Origin: a bacterium
Lineage (GTDB): Bacteria > Margulisbacteria > Marinamargulisbacteria > JABIPA01
Direction of reading: 5' to 3'
NCBI GenBank assembly: GCA_018698675.1
Contig: JABIPA010000023.1
Location: 106,937-170,936 of the forward strand
Length of the DNA stretch: 64,000 nucleotides
Below, piece after piece: positions 49,133-59,100 of this stretch. A program made the position numbers and the translations under genes. The notes under the pieces are model-generated. The model was not told where the DNA came from. It searched no databases and saw only the letters and a program-made list of their open reading frames with translations. Position 1 is the stretch's first letter. Each line of letters begins with the position of its first letter.

Positions 49133-52100
49133 TTATAATGTTGTTTTTAGCAAGCTCAATGATTTACTTCTGTTTATAGAAATTGGCCCTTCAATAGGGG
49201 CGCTACGTTCCCCAATAGTAAAAGAATGCCTAGATGTAAGTGTAGGTACCACGAGATTAATTGGACTTAGCCCATCTCGTTCGGATCCCTCTATATTTTG
49301 CTTAACGGCCGTGTCTATTACGTTTAATTCTTCAACTCTTGAAAGAAGACTATTCATCGTTTGAATTGTTTCCTCGGCATGAACACTATCTAATTCGGAA
49401 GGGTCTACTTCTACGTCGTGTAAAGGAAACCATAGTGGGATTTCTCCAAATTTAATTTGTTCTTGATTTAGGACGACGCTACTTGTGTCACACGACACAT
49501 TACTCAATCTATCAGGAGTTCCGTCTTCTGATTCAGATCGAATGGATTCTCCAAATTCTGAGTCAGCTGTGTATTCATTTTCATCCTGAATGTAAACATA
49601 GTCTCCATTTGTCGAGAAAAAACCATTCCCTGGTGGTGCTGACGGAATATTGTGTGAAGGAACGTCTAGATCGGTTCCCGGTGTATACAAATTATGCCCA
49701 ATCGACTCAGAAAAGCCAGGTGTTGTGAGTGGTGAAGGTTTAAGAATATCGCCTTTTTCACTTACGACGTCTGGGTTATATGCAGGTAGCGTGACTGTAT
49801 CATTTAAATCATTAGGCTCGTCTGACTTTTTGTTTAGAAGTCCCTCAGGAGGAGATGGCCATGAATTTGGGTTAGTATAAGGAAGCATGTATGGATGCGC
49901 AGGCGGTGCAGATGCTTCTTTTCTATTCCCATTTGCTGGGTTGTTTGCTTCCAAGTCAAAAGTGTCTGTTTTTGCTACTTGCTCGTTGCCTCCAGTACCT
50001 CCTGATTCAAATCCTTCGTTTCCACCATTACTACTTACGGCAGTTGCAATAACTGCATCTCCACCAGTTGGAACGGCGTGAGCAACAATATAATTACCTC
50101 TACTTTCGTCAGGGTTATTATTACTTAAAAACTTGTCTACGAGATATGCAACTGCGAGTCCAAGAACGACAACGCCGCAAACAACGGCAATAACGATTAC
50201 TTCGATTTCAGAAATACCGGAACGAGAACTTGATGATGACCCGCCAGATACCGTAACTACTGGGGTGTTTTCAGCTGTAGGCATAGACGTTGGGCTTCCT
50301 GTTGGAGCAAATAAACTATCCATTCCGTCACAAATAGTATTGGAAAGAACCAATCGTGAATCTGAGTTATACATAAGTTGCCCGGAAGAAGAGTTTGTAA
50401 ACTTTACGCCTGAACCTAAAAGGTTCACTCCATCTTTTAAGACATAAGCTGAGTGATCAGATACCTGTAACTCATATAGTCCAGACCAATGCGAAAAATC
50501 AATAAATTTGTATCCGGATTCAGATCCAGACGTTAACGCATCTTCACGTTCGATAGCAGCTGCTATATCTTCGGGGTTATTACATGTAGGGGTAGGTGTG
50601 TATGTGTCCACAGCATATCCGCATACTTGTTCCGCCAAATATAGTCTGTCTTCTGTTGAAGATATAAATTGTCTATTTCCTCTGTCTATGAAGACATTAC
50701 CTGTCCCTGATAGATGAACATATTCTCCATCTGGGTCTTCTAAGTAGCATGTCCAATCAGATACATAAAGATTTAAAATTGTGTTTTCGTAGTTTAATTC
50801 AACTAAACGATAACCGTCCCATTCCCCACCGTCCGAAATTACGGGAGCGGCTAGAATATCAGATGATAATGAGTCGCTATCACATAATGGTTCCGGTTGT
50901 TCTATTGCGTTTAAATAATCACAGACATTACTTGTCATATCGTCGGCATTAGTCGTCCAATAGTTACCAGTAGGGTCATTAGAAAAGACGTTACCAACTC
51001 CATTTAAGTTTTGCCCGTCCTGTTTGATGATTACATTATAAGGTGATACATACAGATTATAGTCGATGTCGTTAGATGTAACATTTAGTTCTCGATATCC
51101 CGATAAATCACCATTCGTATGAGCATCCGTGATTCCTAAAAGATAAGAAACTGTAGACGAGTCATAACACGTTCCAATTGGCTCTAGTTGTTCGAAAGCG
51201 TATGTACAAACCTTTTCGGAAAGAGCAATTCGGCTAAAGTCTGACGATACGTATTTTGTTGAATCTGAAAACTGAGTACCTGATTCGTAGACATTTTGTC
51301 CGTCTTCTCCAAGTAGAAATACATTCCAATCTGAAACTTTTAGATGAAGTGGATTTCCTGCGTATGTAATATCGACAGATTTATATCCAGTCCACGTTCC
51401 TTGAGTCTCCGGTACTGTAGACAGTATCGCCTGAGAAATTGAATCCGGGTCACATTCTGTATTTCCTGCGTAATCATAACCTAAGGACACGTCCGTCAAA
51501 TTAACTGGATCGAGCGTTTCTCCTTTTAATGCTTGCATAACTCTTTTTTCGCTTCGGGTTCCCGTAAATGCATCTAGAGGGAAAATAGTATGTTTCTTAA
51601 TTTTAATATTATGAGTTGTTCCGTCGTGTTCTACGTCAATGCCGATGTTAGAAAGATAGTCGACGGCTGCTTTAATAGTTTCTGGTCCTGATAACCATGT
51701 TCCTTGATGGCTTCCATCGGGAACCTGAAATTCTAAATAGTCCGGATGAAGTGTTAAGTTTCCTTGAGATAAATAATGATCATAAACATCTTCATAAAGG
51801 CTAAATGATGTTTGAGCGATGTCAGAAGCAAAGCCTGCATGAGAAAAGGTTAGTGCCTCTTCAATTTCTTCGACTGTATAACCCGCATTTAAATATTGTT
51901 CGCCTACCCATTGCAGGGCCCCAACAACCGACTTTCCAATCTCTTCTCCAGTTTGAGAACTGTAGAAGGTTCCAGATCTTTCCATAGGCCGAACTGGAAG
52001 CGTTCTGTCTTTATCACCTAAGTCGTCGTAGTTCCAGTCGTAGCCGAAATATATTCCATGAAGAAGGCCATTTTGGCTATCTTTTGTATTTTTTGCTCCT

Positions 52101-52948
52101 TTTTCGATCGGATATAAATCAATGTAAAAGGCTGGCATTATTCCTACACCATGTTTAACGTCAGGGGCAACTTTCCAAACTTCTGTCATTGTCACGTTTG
52201 TTACCAATTCGGCTTCAGCTTGAGTAATATCTAGATCTTCGATATCAAAGTCAATAAATTTATAATCACTAGAAACGATGTTGGTCGCAACACTCTGAGC
52301 AAATGTTAAGAGAAGGCTAGGGTTTTGGGCCAAATATGAAAAAAGGGCTGAATTTCCACCGCCACCAACAGAGAAACCAGGAACTGCTCCAGATGATGCA
52401 ATCTTGGTTAACATGTCATCCAATAACAAAATTTGAGTAGATTCGCTACACCCATTAAGTTCTTCTTCCGGGCTACATAAGCCAACTTCTGAAGAATTAG
52501 TAATTTTATGGGCAAAGGGTAAAACGGTAGCTCCACTCATTCCGTATCCAGGAAGAGTACTTGTCGCAGAATCCCAATTATAGAGAGGGACGTATAGGTT
52601 ATCGGCACAAACACCTGTGGATCCGCAATTTGTCGAACCGCTACTTGTAAGTTTTCGTGAGTCTGCTTTTCCATTTTGGATTGCAAGTGAACAGTGCCTG
52701 TCTAATGCATCTGCTTGTTTTCCACTAAGATTTAAATCTTGAGTAACTTTATTTCTGTGTTGTCTAAAATTAGGACTTTCTTGCCCCGCTATTTTGTCGA
52801 GTTTATACGCCTTTTCATATGTTGATTGAATTTTTTTTGACGATAAAACCCTTGTTTCTTTAGCGTTTTCTGAATTTGAAACTCGGTCGAATTTATGAGA
52901 ACCTCTTAAATTTGTAACACCATCAATTTTTCCAAACAAATTAGACAC
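49133..52948 (-). CDS. GH18 (chitinase-like) domain + four Cys-bracketed repeats + TM + long Pro/acidic tail
   Basis: FSVGGG and FIDFDIE (SxGG / DxDxE), GYD; four repeats of about 95 aa; TM VIVIAVVCGVVVLGLAVAYLV; GTG start. Confidence 0.65.
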   Translation of the reverse strand: MSNLFGKIDGVTNLRGSHKFDRVSNSENAKETRVLSSKKIQSTYEKAYKLDKIAGQESPNFRQHRNKVTQDLNLSGKQADALDRHCSLAIQNGKADSRKLTSSGSTNCGSTGVCADNLYVPLYNWDSATSTLPGYGMSGATVLPFAHKITNSSEVGLCSPEEELNGCSESTQILLLDDMLTKIASSGAVPGFSVGGGGNSALFSYLAQNPSLLLTFAQSVATNIVSSDYKFIDFDIEDLDITQAEAELVTNVTMTEVWKVAPDVKHGVGIMPAFYIDLYPIEKGAKNTKDSQNGLLHGIYFGYDWNYDDLGDKDRTLPVRPMERSGTFYSSQTGEEIGKSVVGALQWVGEQYLNAGYTVEEIEEALTFSHAGFASDIAQTSFSLYEDVYDHYLSQGNLTLHPDYLEFQVPDGSHQGTWLSGPETIKAAVDYLSNIGIDVEHDGTTHNIKIKKHTIFPLDAFTGTRSEKRVMQALKGETLDPVNLTDVSLGYDYAGNTECDPDSISQAILSTVPETQGTWTGYKSVDITYAGNPLHLKVSDWNVFLLGEDGQNVYESGTQFSDSTKYVSSDFSRIALSEKVCTYAFEQLEPIGTCYDSSTVSYLLGITDAHTNGDLSGYRELNVTSNDIDYNLYVSPYNVIIKQDGQNLNGVGNVFSNDPTGNYWTTNADDMTSNVCDYLNAIEQPEPLCDSDSLSSDILAAPVISDGGEWDGYRLVELNYENTILNLYVSDWTCYLEDPDGEYVHLSGTGNVFIDRGNRQFISSTEDRLYLAEQVCGYAVDTYTPTPTCNNPEDIAAAIEREDALTSGSESGYKFIDFSHWSGLYELQVSDHSAYVLKDGVNLLGSGVKFTNSSSGQLMYNSDSRLVLSNTICDGMDSLFAPTGSPTSMPTAENTPVVTVSGGSSSSSRSGISEIEVIVIAVVCGVVVLGLAVAYLVDKFLSNNNPDESRGNYIVAHAVPTGGDAVIATAVSSNGGNEGFESGGTGGNEQVAKTDTFDLEANNPANGNRKEASAPPAHPYMLPYTNPNSWPSPPEGLLNKKSDEPNDLNDTVTLPAYNPDVVSEKGDILKPSPLTTPGFSESIGHNLYTPGTDLDVPSHNIPSAPPGNGFFSTNGDYVYIQDENEYTADSEFGESIRSESEDGTPDRLSNVSCDTSSVVLNQEQIKFGEIPLWFPLHDVEVDPSELDSVHAEETIQTMNSLLSRVEELNVIDTAVKQNIEGSERDGLSPINLVVPTLTSRHSFTIGERSAPIEGPISINRSKSLSLLKTTL

Positions 52949-53002
52949 CCTCTTTTTAAAATTTTTTACTATTGGTAGTTGTGTTTCACACTATCTTTTT
53001 AG

Positions 53003-53030
53003 TTATCGATAGAATGTTTTGAAAATTTCA
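53003..53030 (-). promoter_or_regulatory. sigma28/FliA-like promoter TGAAATTT-N12-ATCGATAA
   Basis: -35 element identical to the 23835..23862 site, same spacing, 54 nt upstream of the start. Confidence 0.5.
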
Positions 53031-53483
53031 AATTAATTAAAATAATAGAATCGTTTTTATATAAAAAAAGGTTTTTGAATATAAGAATTGCGATAATCGC
53101 AAGGCGTAAAGTATGGTAAATGTATACTTGGAAACGTTAGTGTTTTAGGTATAAGAGATTGGTTTTTGTATCTATTGTTAACGTTTTATTGAAGTTTACT
53201 GGTATGTGTTAACTATTCAGAAATAGTGTCTGAATTTTAATGGGTATGTTGTATCCAATTACCCCGTTTAATTGACTTGATATGATAGTTTAGGCTTCGT
53301 ATATTGAGAATATCTCTTTTTAAACTTAGAAAATAAAAGACTGGAAATTAAAGGACTAATTACAGCAATGTCAAAATACGGGAATGAAAAACGAGAGCTC
53401 TAAACTTTCGTGATCCAATAGAAGCAAATTATGATCTCATGGACGAATTTAATAAGCCTTTGTTCCTACCGAAGTTTAGTTAA

Positions 53484-54083
53484 TTAAATTAAAAGTGCTG
53501 TTTCCTTAACGCTTTCTCGATTAGAAAAGAGAGTTTCCCATTCAGATAGGTTAGGAAGTGTTTCCCTCCAATTTAATTCTGGTAGTCTAAACGAAACGTA
53601 CCCTAGGGCTGAAATAAGAGAGATGGTTGCAGGCGTTATATTTGTTCCAAACGTAGGAAGTAAGTCGTTAATATGAGTTAGTGAATAGCCTATAGTGGTT
53701 TGAAATTTTTTTAATAAACCTCTGGATTGTTTTTCTTCTGGTCTAAGTGTTTCTTTAAAATGGTCTACAGCTAAATTGGTAATTCCGTCTGACAACGCGC
53801 ATAAATTACGAACTTCAATTTGAGAGTTAGGGTCTAGTGGCATTAACCTTGGTTCAGAAAGTGAGTCAAGGTAATCACATATTATAGAGCTTTCATAATA
53901 ACAAGTCCCAGAATTTGTCACTAACGCTGGAATTTTTCCAAGTGGATTCGCTTTTTGAAGTTCGGGAGGTTTGTTTCTAAGGTCTACTTCGACACACGAA
54001 ATTTCATTCATAAATCCTTTTTCAATCGCGGTGATGAGAACTTTCCTAGCATATGGTGAACGATGGGTCGTATATAATTTCAT
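53484..54083 (-). CDS. Glutathione S-transferase family protein
   Basis: SPYARKV, NPLGKIPAL, ESSIICDYL. Confidence 0.92.
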   Translation of the reverse strand: MKLYTTHRSPYARKVLITAIEKGFMNEISCVEVDLRNKPPELQKANPLGKIPALVTNSGTCYYESSIICDYLDSLSEPRLMPLDPNSQIEVRNLCALSDGITNLAVDHFKETLRPEEKQSRGLLKKFQTTIGYSLTHINDLLPTFGTNITPATISLISALGYVSFRLPELNWRETLPNLSEWETLFSNRESVKETALLI

Positions 54084-54171
54084 ATCTATATAGTACCCTT
54101 TTGGTAAAAAATATTAAAACGTAAAGTCTTTCTATAGTTTATGTTTCAATGAGAAGTTTTGTATAAATACA

Positions 54172-55893
54172 TCAAATAATTCTTGTAACTGATAGTGTTA
54201 AATTATCTGACTTTGGTTCCATCGCTAGTCCATAGTAGTTAGGTATTTCGGTGCTTTTTCGTTTTAGAAGAGCATTAAACGGACTTTGTTTTTCCCGGAT
54301 AGATATTTCCTGTTCATTAATTGTCGCATACCAATCTTCAATTTCCTTTTTAAAACAATCATCCAGTGGGAGAGATTCTATAGGATAGCCTTTGTATCGA
54401 CTAGGAAACCCTTCTAGTTTTGTAAGTGGAACGCAATCCTCTATGCATTGAGCTAAAAAGGTAGATAAATTTATTAACGTAGTATTGCTAGAATCACTGC
54501 TGTTAGAAAATGCCTGGTTTAAGAAAATGATCGCATCTTCCTTAAATCGAAGCTCATGATATTCTTTTACCAGTTCTATGATGTCTTGAAGAGGCATAGA
54601 CGAGTTTTTGGAACCTATATATTCGATCATATAGGCAAGTTCTTCAGGCAAAATATTGTCAAAGAGTCCGTCCGATCCTCCGATTAATAGATACTCAAAA
54701 TTATCATCCATTTCTATCGTGATTGATGGTATCCATTCTAACGGTCTGAGTTCGTTTTCATCTCTACAGAACGTGGAATGCATCATATTTCGATATTGAA
54801 AAAAGTACGCCATTATTTGAGAAGGGGGTTGTTTTGGTAGCGGTTTCCCTGTCTCCTGTGAGACTTCGGTGGTGTGGTTAAGTGCACGATCAATAATTGT
54901 AAATCCTGGGTCTTCTGTAGCGAGTAGTTGAATTATTTCGTTGGTCATTTTGTTTCGTTTAAAAAGGACCATGTTGCAGTCTCCGACTTGGTTGAATGTA
55001 ATGTGACGTTGATTAGGGAATCCTTCTACACCAGAAATTCTAGATGAAGCCATTGCAGCGGCCGAGTCCATGCTGGCATCTCCCCAATCGTAATCTCTCG
55101 CTAAAGCGACAATTTCTGAATCTGGTAGGTTTTTTGGATTAGAGTTGAAGAATGCATTTGCAAGTATTGACGCGGCTACATCTCCTCGAGATAGGCCTCC
55201 TAAACCGTCAATGGCAACAATTATATCTGATGTTGAATTTACGCCAAGTACTAATCTGTCTTCATTTCTATCCTTATAATAACCATCTAGTCCAACGTAT
55301 GACGACCCGATTGAAATACTGTATTGTCCTGCTGTTACGACGATGTTTCCTTCTATTCGTTGTTGTGAATAGTCTTCTCCGTTTTGAATGTCAAATTTTG
55401 ATTCTGAAACATGCCCCCTTATTATTAATGCGAGTTGCTTAGAGTCCTCGGTGTTTCCGTTTAATGCCGATTGAATAATATTTGAGATGTCTAGATTTGC
55501 TAAGTCAACCGGGAGTTCTGCTCCTAAAGTCATACCCGAACTAGTCTTAATTTCGAGCATACGTTTTTCTCGTAAAGTGGTAGCCCCTGTTACCGGATTA
55601 GTGTGGTTTGCTATTTCAGAATATGTTCTAGGGCGAGCCGCTTTTTTTGAAACTTGGCTAGGTTTGTTAATATCTTTAATAGAAAGGTAAGCAGAATGTT
55701 CCCAAATATATCTACCAAATGATTTTGACGATAAATATGACTCTGAATTCGAAAAATCGATTCCTCCAGGCGGGGACGATACTTTCATAGAATTGGTTTG
55801 TTTTTTGGATGTGTCAGAGGAGACGTCTTTTTGTAATTCGATTTGGATTTTTTGTGTATTTGTTTGATAAGATGCTGGTAAAAGACGTTCCAT
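54172..55893 (-). CDS. PP2C/PPM-like phosphatase with N-terminal extension and insertions
   Basis: NEDR, AIDGLGG, VGDC, GSDGLFDN, DNLT motifs in the correct order. Confidence 0.78.
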   Translation of the reverse strand: MERLLPASYQTNTQKIQIELQKDVSSDTSKKQTNSMKVSSPPGGIDFSNSESYLSSKSFGRYIWEHSAYLSIKDINKPSQVSKKAARPRTYSEIANHTNPVTGATTLREKRMLEIKTSSGMTLGAELPVDLANLDISNIIQSALNGNTEDSKQLALIIRGHVSESKFDIQNGEDYSQQRIEGNIVVTAGQYSISIGSSYVGLDGYYKDRNEDRLVLGVNSTSDIIVAIDGLGGLSRGDVAASILANAFFNSNPKNLPDSEIVALARDYDWGDASMDSAAAMASSRISGVEGFPNQRHITFNQVGDCNMVLFKRNKMTNEIIQLLATEDPGFTIIDRALNHTTEVSQETGKPLPKQPPSQIMAYFFQYRNMMHSTFCRDENELRPLEWIPSITIEMDDNFEYLLIGGSDGLFDNILPEELAYMIEYIGSKNSSMPLQDIIELVKEYHELRFKEDAIIFLNQAFSNSSDSSNTTLINLSTFLAQCIEDCVPLTKLEGFPSRYKGYPIESLPLDDCFKKEIEDWYATINEQEISIREKQSPFNALLKRKSTEIPNYYGLAMEPKSDNLTLSVTRII

Positions 55894-56159
55894 TTAATTC
55901 TCCATGTAATATAGTGCTATCGATTTTGACATCCGATTTAACTTTAATTCTTAACAGTAAATCAAGACCTACAATTAAGTAATATGACCTACGTACATAG
56001 TTGTCGCGAGTAAGTCGCAGAAAATTTCATTTAAATTGATAGTAGTTCAAATTAGTAAAATTTATTATTTTTTGAAAAATCGAGGAAATGCCAGTTATAT
56101 ATCGTAGGTTAAGAATATAATGTCTATAATTTTTTTTTTAAAAGTGAAATAATATCGAA

Positions 56160-59100
56160 ATGAAATTATTAAAAAATACCCTAATTACGTTATTATTTGC
56201 CGGACTTTTTATGTTAGTAAGCGGAACATCATGGAATGATATTACTGATAAACTAAAAACACTTATCCCTTTACAAGAAAAATCTGTTTTGGATGTTATA
56301 AACGAGCAGTCTGACAAAGATTCCGAAAATAGAAGTGAAGACCACGAATTGGGTAGCGGAAGAATTGTAAATGTTCAGTCTAACAATAGAAGCGGGGTGA
56401 TTTCTCTTCGTAATGTTAAGCATCAAGCTAAGGATAAGATTACGACTATAAATGAAGATGAACGACAGGTTCCAAGTAATGTCATTGAACTATATAAAAA
56501 GGTTCAGTCGTCTTCCTCAACGCTTACTAGAGGTTGGCCCGCTAAGTTTACAGCACCAAAGCCAAAAAGAATAAATACCATTCCTAATACAAAATTTAAA
56601 TCAGATTACATTGCATCTGTTTCGCCAGTCTCTTTACCCTTTGGATTTGGGAAAAAGAGAATTAATTTTGTCTCTCCGACCGGCCAAGCAGGCATTGTCA
56701 CCCAAATCGTATTTGATTATGACAAGAATCAAGTTCCTGTTGGGATATCGGATGCCGAGAATGTTAAGTTTAAATTAACACCTAGTGCAAAGGGGCAGTT
56801 GTATTTTGCTAGCCCAAAACGACTTATTTATCAATTAGATAATGCCTTGTCTTTAGGCACGAGATACACAGTGAAAATTGATTCGGAAACGTTTCAATTT
56901 GATACAGAACGGCCAAAGATTAAGAAGTTGAAATCTGAAGATTATTCTACGGTTCCAAATAATGGAGAACTTTTTATTGAATTTAACCAATCAATGAATA
57001 TGGAGTCTTTGGAAAAATATTCGTATTTCACTGTTGAAAACGATTCTCGTAAAATCCCAGTATCAATTACTCCATTTGATCCGAAACGAAAGTACACGAG
57101 CTGGCATCTAAAACGATTTATTCCAAAAAATTCTTATACAATCAAATCAAGTATCGACCTTCCAAAAAACTCCAAAATCGTAATGACTGTGCTAGCAGGC
57201 GCAAAAAGTAAAAACGGTACCTTGTCCGTAGAGCGAGGTATTAATCAAGGTTTTAGAACAGCTCCTGAACCAGCTTTTCTTGGACTTCAAAATCATTATA
57301 GTGAGCGTTTTTTGAGCCCTGATACTAACTTATATTTTTCTTTTTCAACCGGTGTAAGAGTGGATGATGTAAGTAAGTCATTGCGAATTTACCCGTCTGA
57401 TGGAATAGAAATTAAGACAGTTTCATCTAAATGGTTTTCTAGTTCAGTTTATGTGGACGTCGTTGGTTTGCAAACAAATAAAGATTACATTTTTTACTTT
57501 ACCACTCCCATACGGGCAAAAGGCGGCATCTCGTTCGTTCCTCCTCCGTATGCTGTTGGTGTATCAAATTATCTTCCATTTTTTCAGGCTCCTTATGGAT
57601 TTAGCTTACAGGAGAAGACAGATAAACCTTCCGTTGATCTGATACATAGAAATAGTAAACACGTTGATGTTAAAGGGAAAAATTTGAATTCTGCGCAAGA
57701 TATTGCAAGGTATTTATATAAAAAAGGGTGGGGATGGATTAGCCATAAAGACGTCATTAATTACGATTATTCAAAAGCATTTGAATTCTCCGTGAGTTCT
57801 AATGTGTTAGCAGTTGAACGGTTTTCCATTTCGGATCTACTTCCCGCTACGAAATATCCGATTGCTTTAGAATTCAAAGTAGAAAATGAAAGAGATCGAG
57901 TTTTCTCTCTTTCCCAGTTTTCTAACATAGGTATAACATCAAAAATTGGCCGGTACGATGGTTTGATATGGATAAACAAACTATCCGAAGGAGTTTCATA
58001 TCCCGACGTAAATATTAACGTTTATAAACAATCACGAGGAAAGGTTTCGCACTTATTTTCAGGTGTTTCCGACGAAAATGGAGTTCTTACAACACCTGGA
58101 ATGGAACGTCATGAAATTGATAATTTGTTAATTACGGCCGAAACTGACTCCGATTTTTCATTTTCGTTGGGAAATTGGAATGGAGGCATCTCAAAAGAAG
58201 ACTTTAACTTATATTCTGAATTAAGAAAGTCATCTGGTCTTGATGAAAACTATTATTCTCGAGCACAAGAATCGAGTTTTAATCGATATCAAGAAAAAAC
58301 ACGTTCCATGATATTCCTTGAACGAAAACTGTATAGTCCTGGTGAAACGATGAATTTTAAAATTACGGCTCGAACTGTGGATAATAGGAAACTATCAACG
58401 ATTCAAAACAAAGAACTTACTGTTCAAATTTTTAACTCGAAAGGTCAAAAGGTTTTCAAAAAAGACCTTGCAGTAGACTCTTTTTCTTCGGTAAACGGGA
58501 ATTTCTCAATTCCTGAATCAGCACCTTTAGGAAACTATCGAATTAGCTGCCTTGACGCACAACTATCGTTTCAAGTTCAGGAATTCAAAACTCAAAACTT
58601 CGACGTAAGTTTATCGTCACCTAAAACAGGAACCACAGCAGGCGACACCATAGATTTTTCTGGGCTTGCTACCTATCTTCAAGGCGGGGTAATGAAAAAT
58701 GTAGACGTAACCACTTGGATAAAGCAGAGCTCCAGTAACTTTCGTCCCAAGGGCTACCCATTCTATTCCTTCACATATTCTCCAAATGATGAAGGAAAGC
58801 AGTCTATTTATAAATCTAGTGAAACGTTGTTAAACAAAACGATAAAGACAAATAAAGATGGCCTTTTTAACACAGAGGTACCTACAAAAAAATGGAATCG
58901 AGCCAGTAGAGTCGTCGCTAATTTTACGGTTCAAGATATTCAAGGAGAACGACAGACAAAGTCTCAATCGGCAGACATTCATCCTGCCGATTATTATTTA
59001 GGTATATCGCATTCAAAATCCTTGGTTCAGGCCGGACAATCAATGAGCCTGAATTTAATTGCTGTTAAGCCAAATGGGGAGAAGGTTCCTACTGTCACAG

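Noticed and set aside
53041-53480. Long AT-rich intergenic region with short broken reading frames (possible pseudogene or sRNA)
   Set aside because: No frame of convincing length and no recognisable structure or homology by eye
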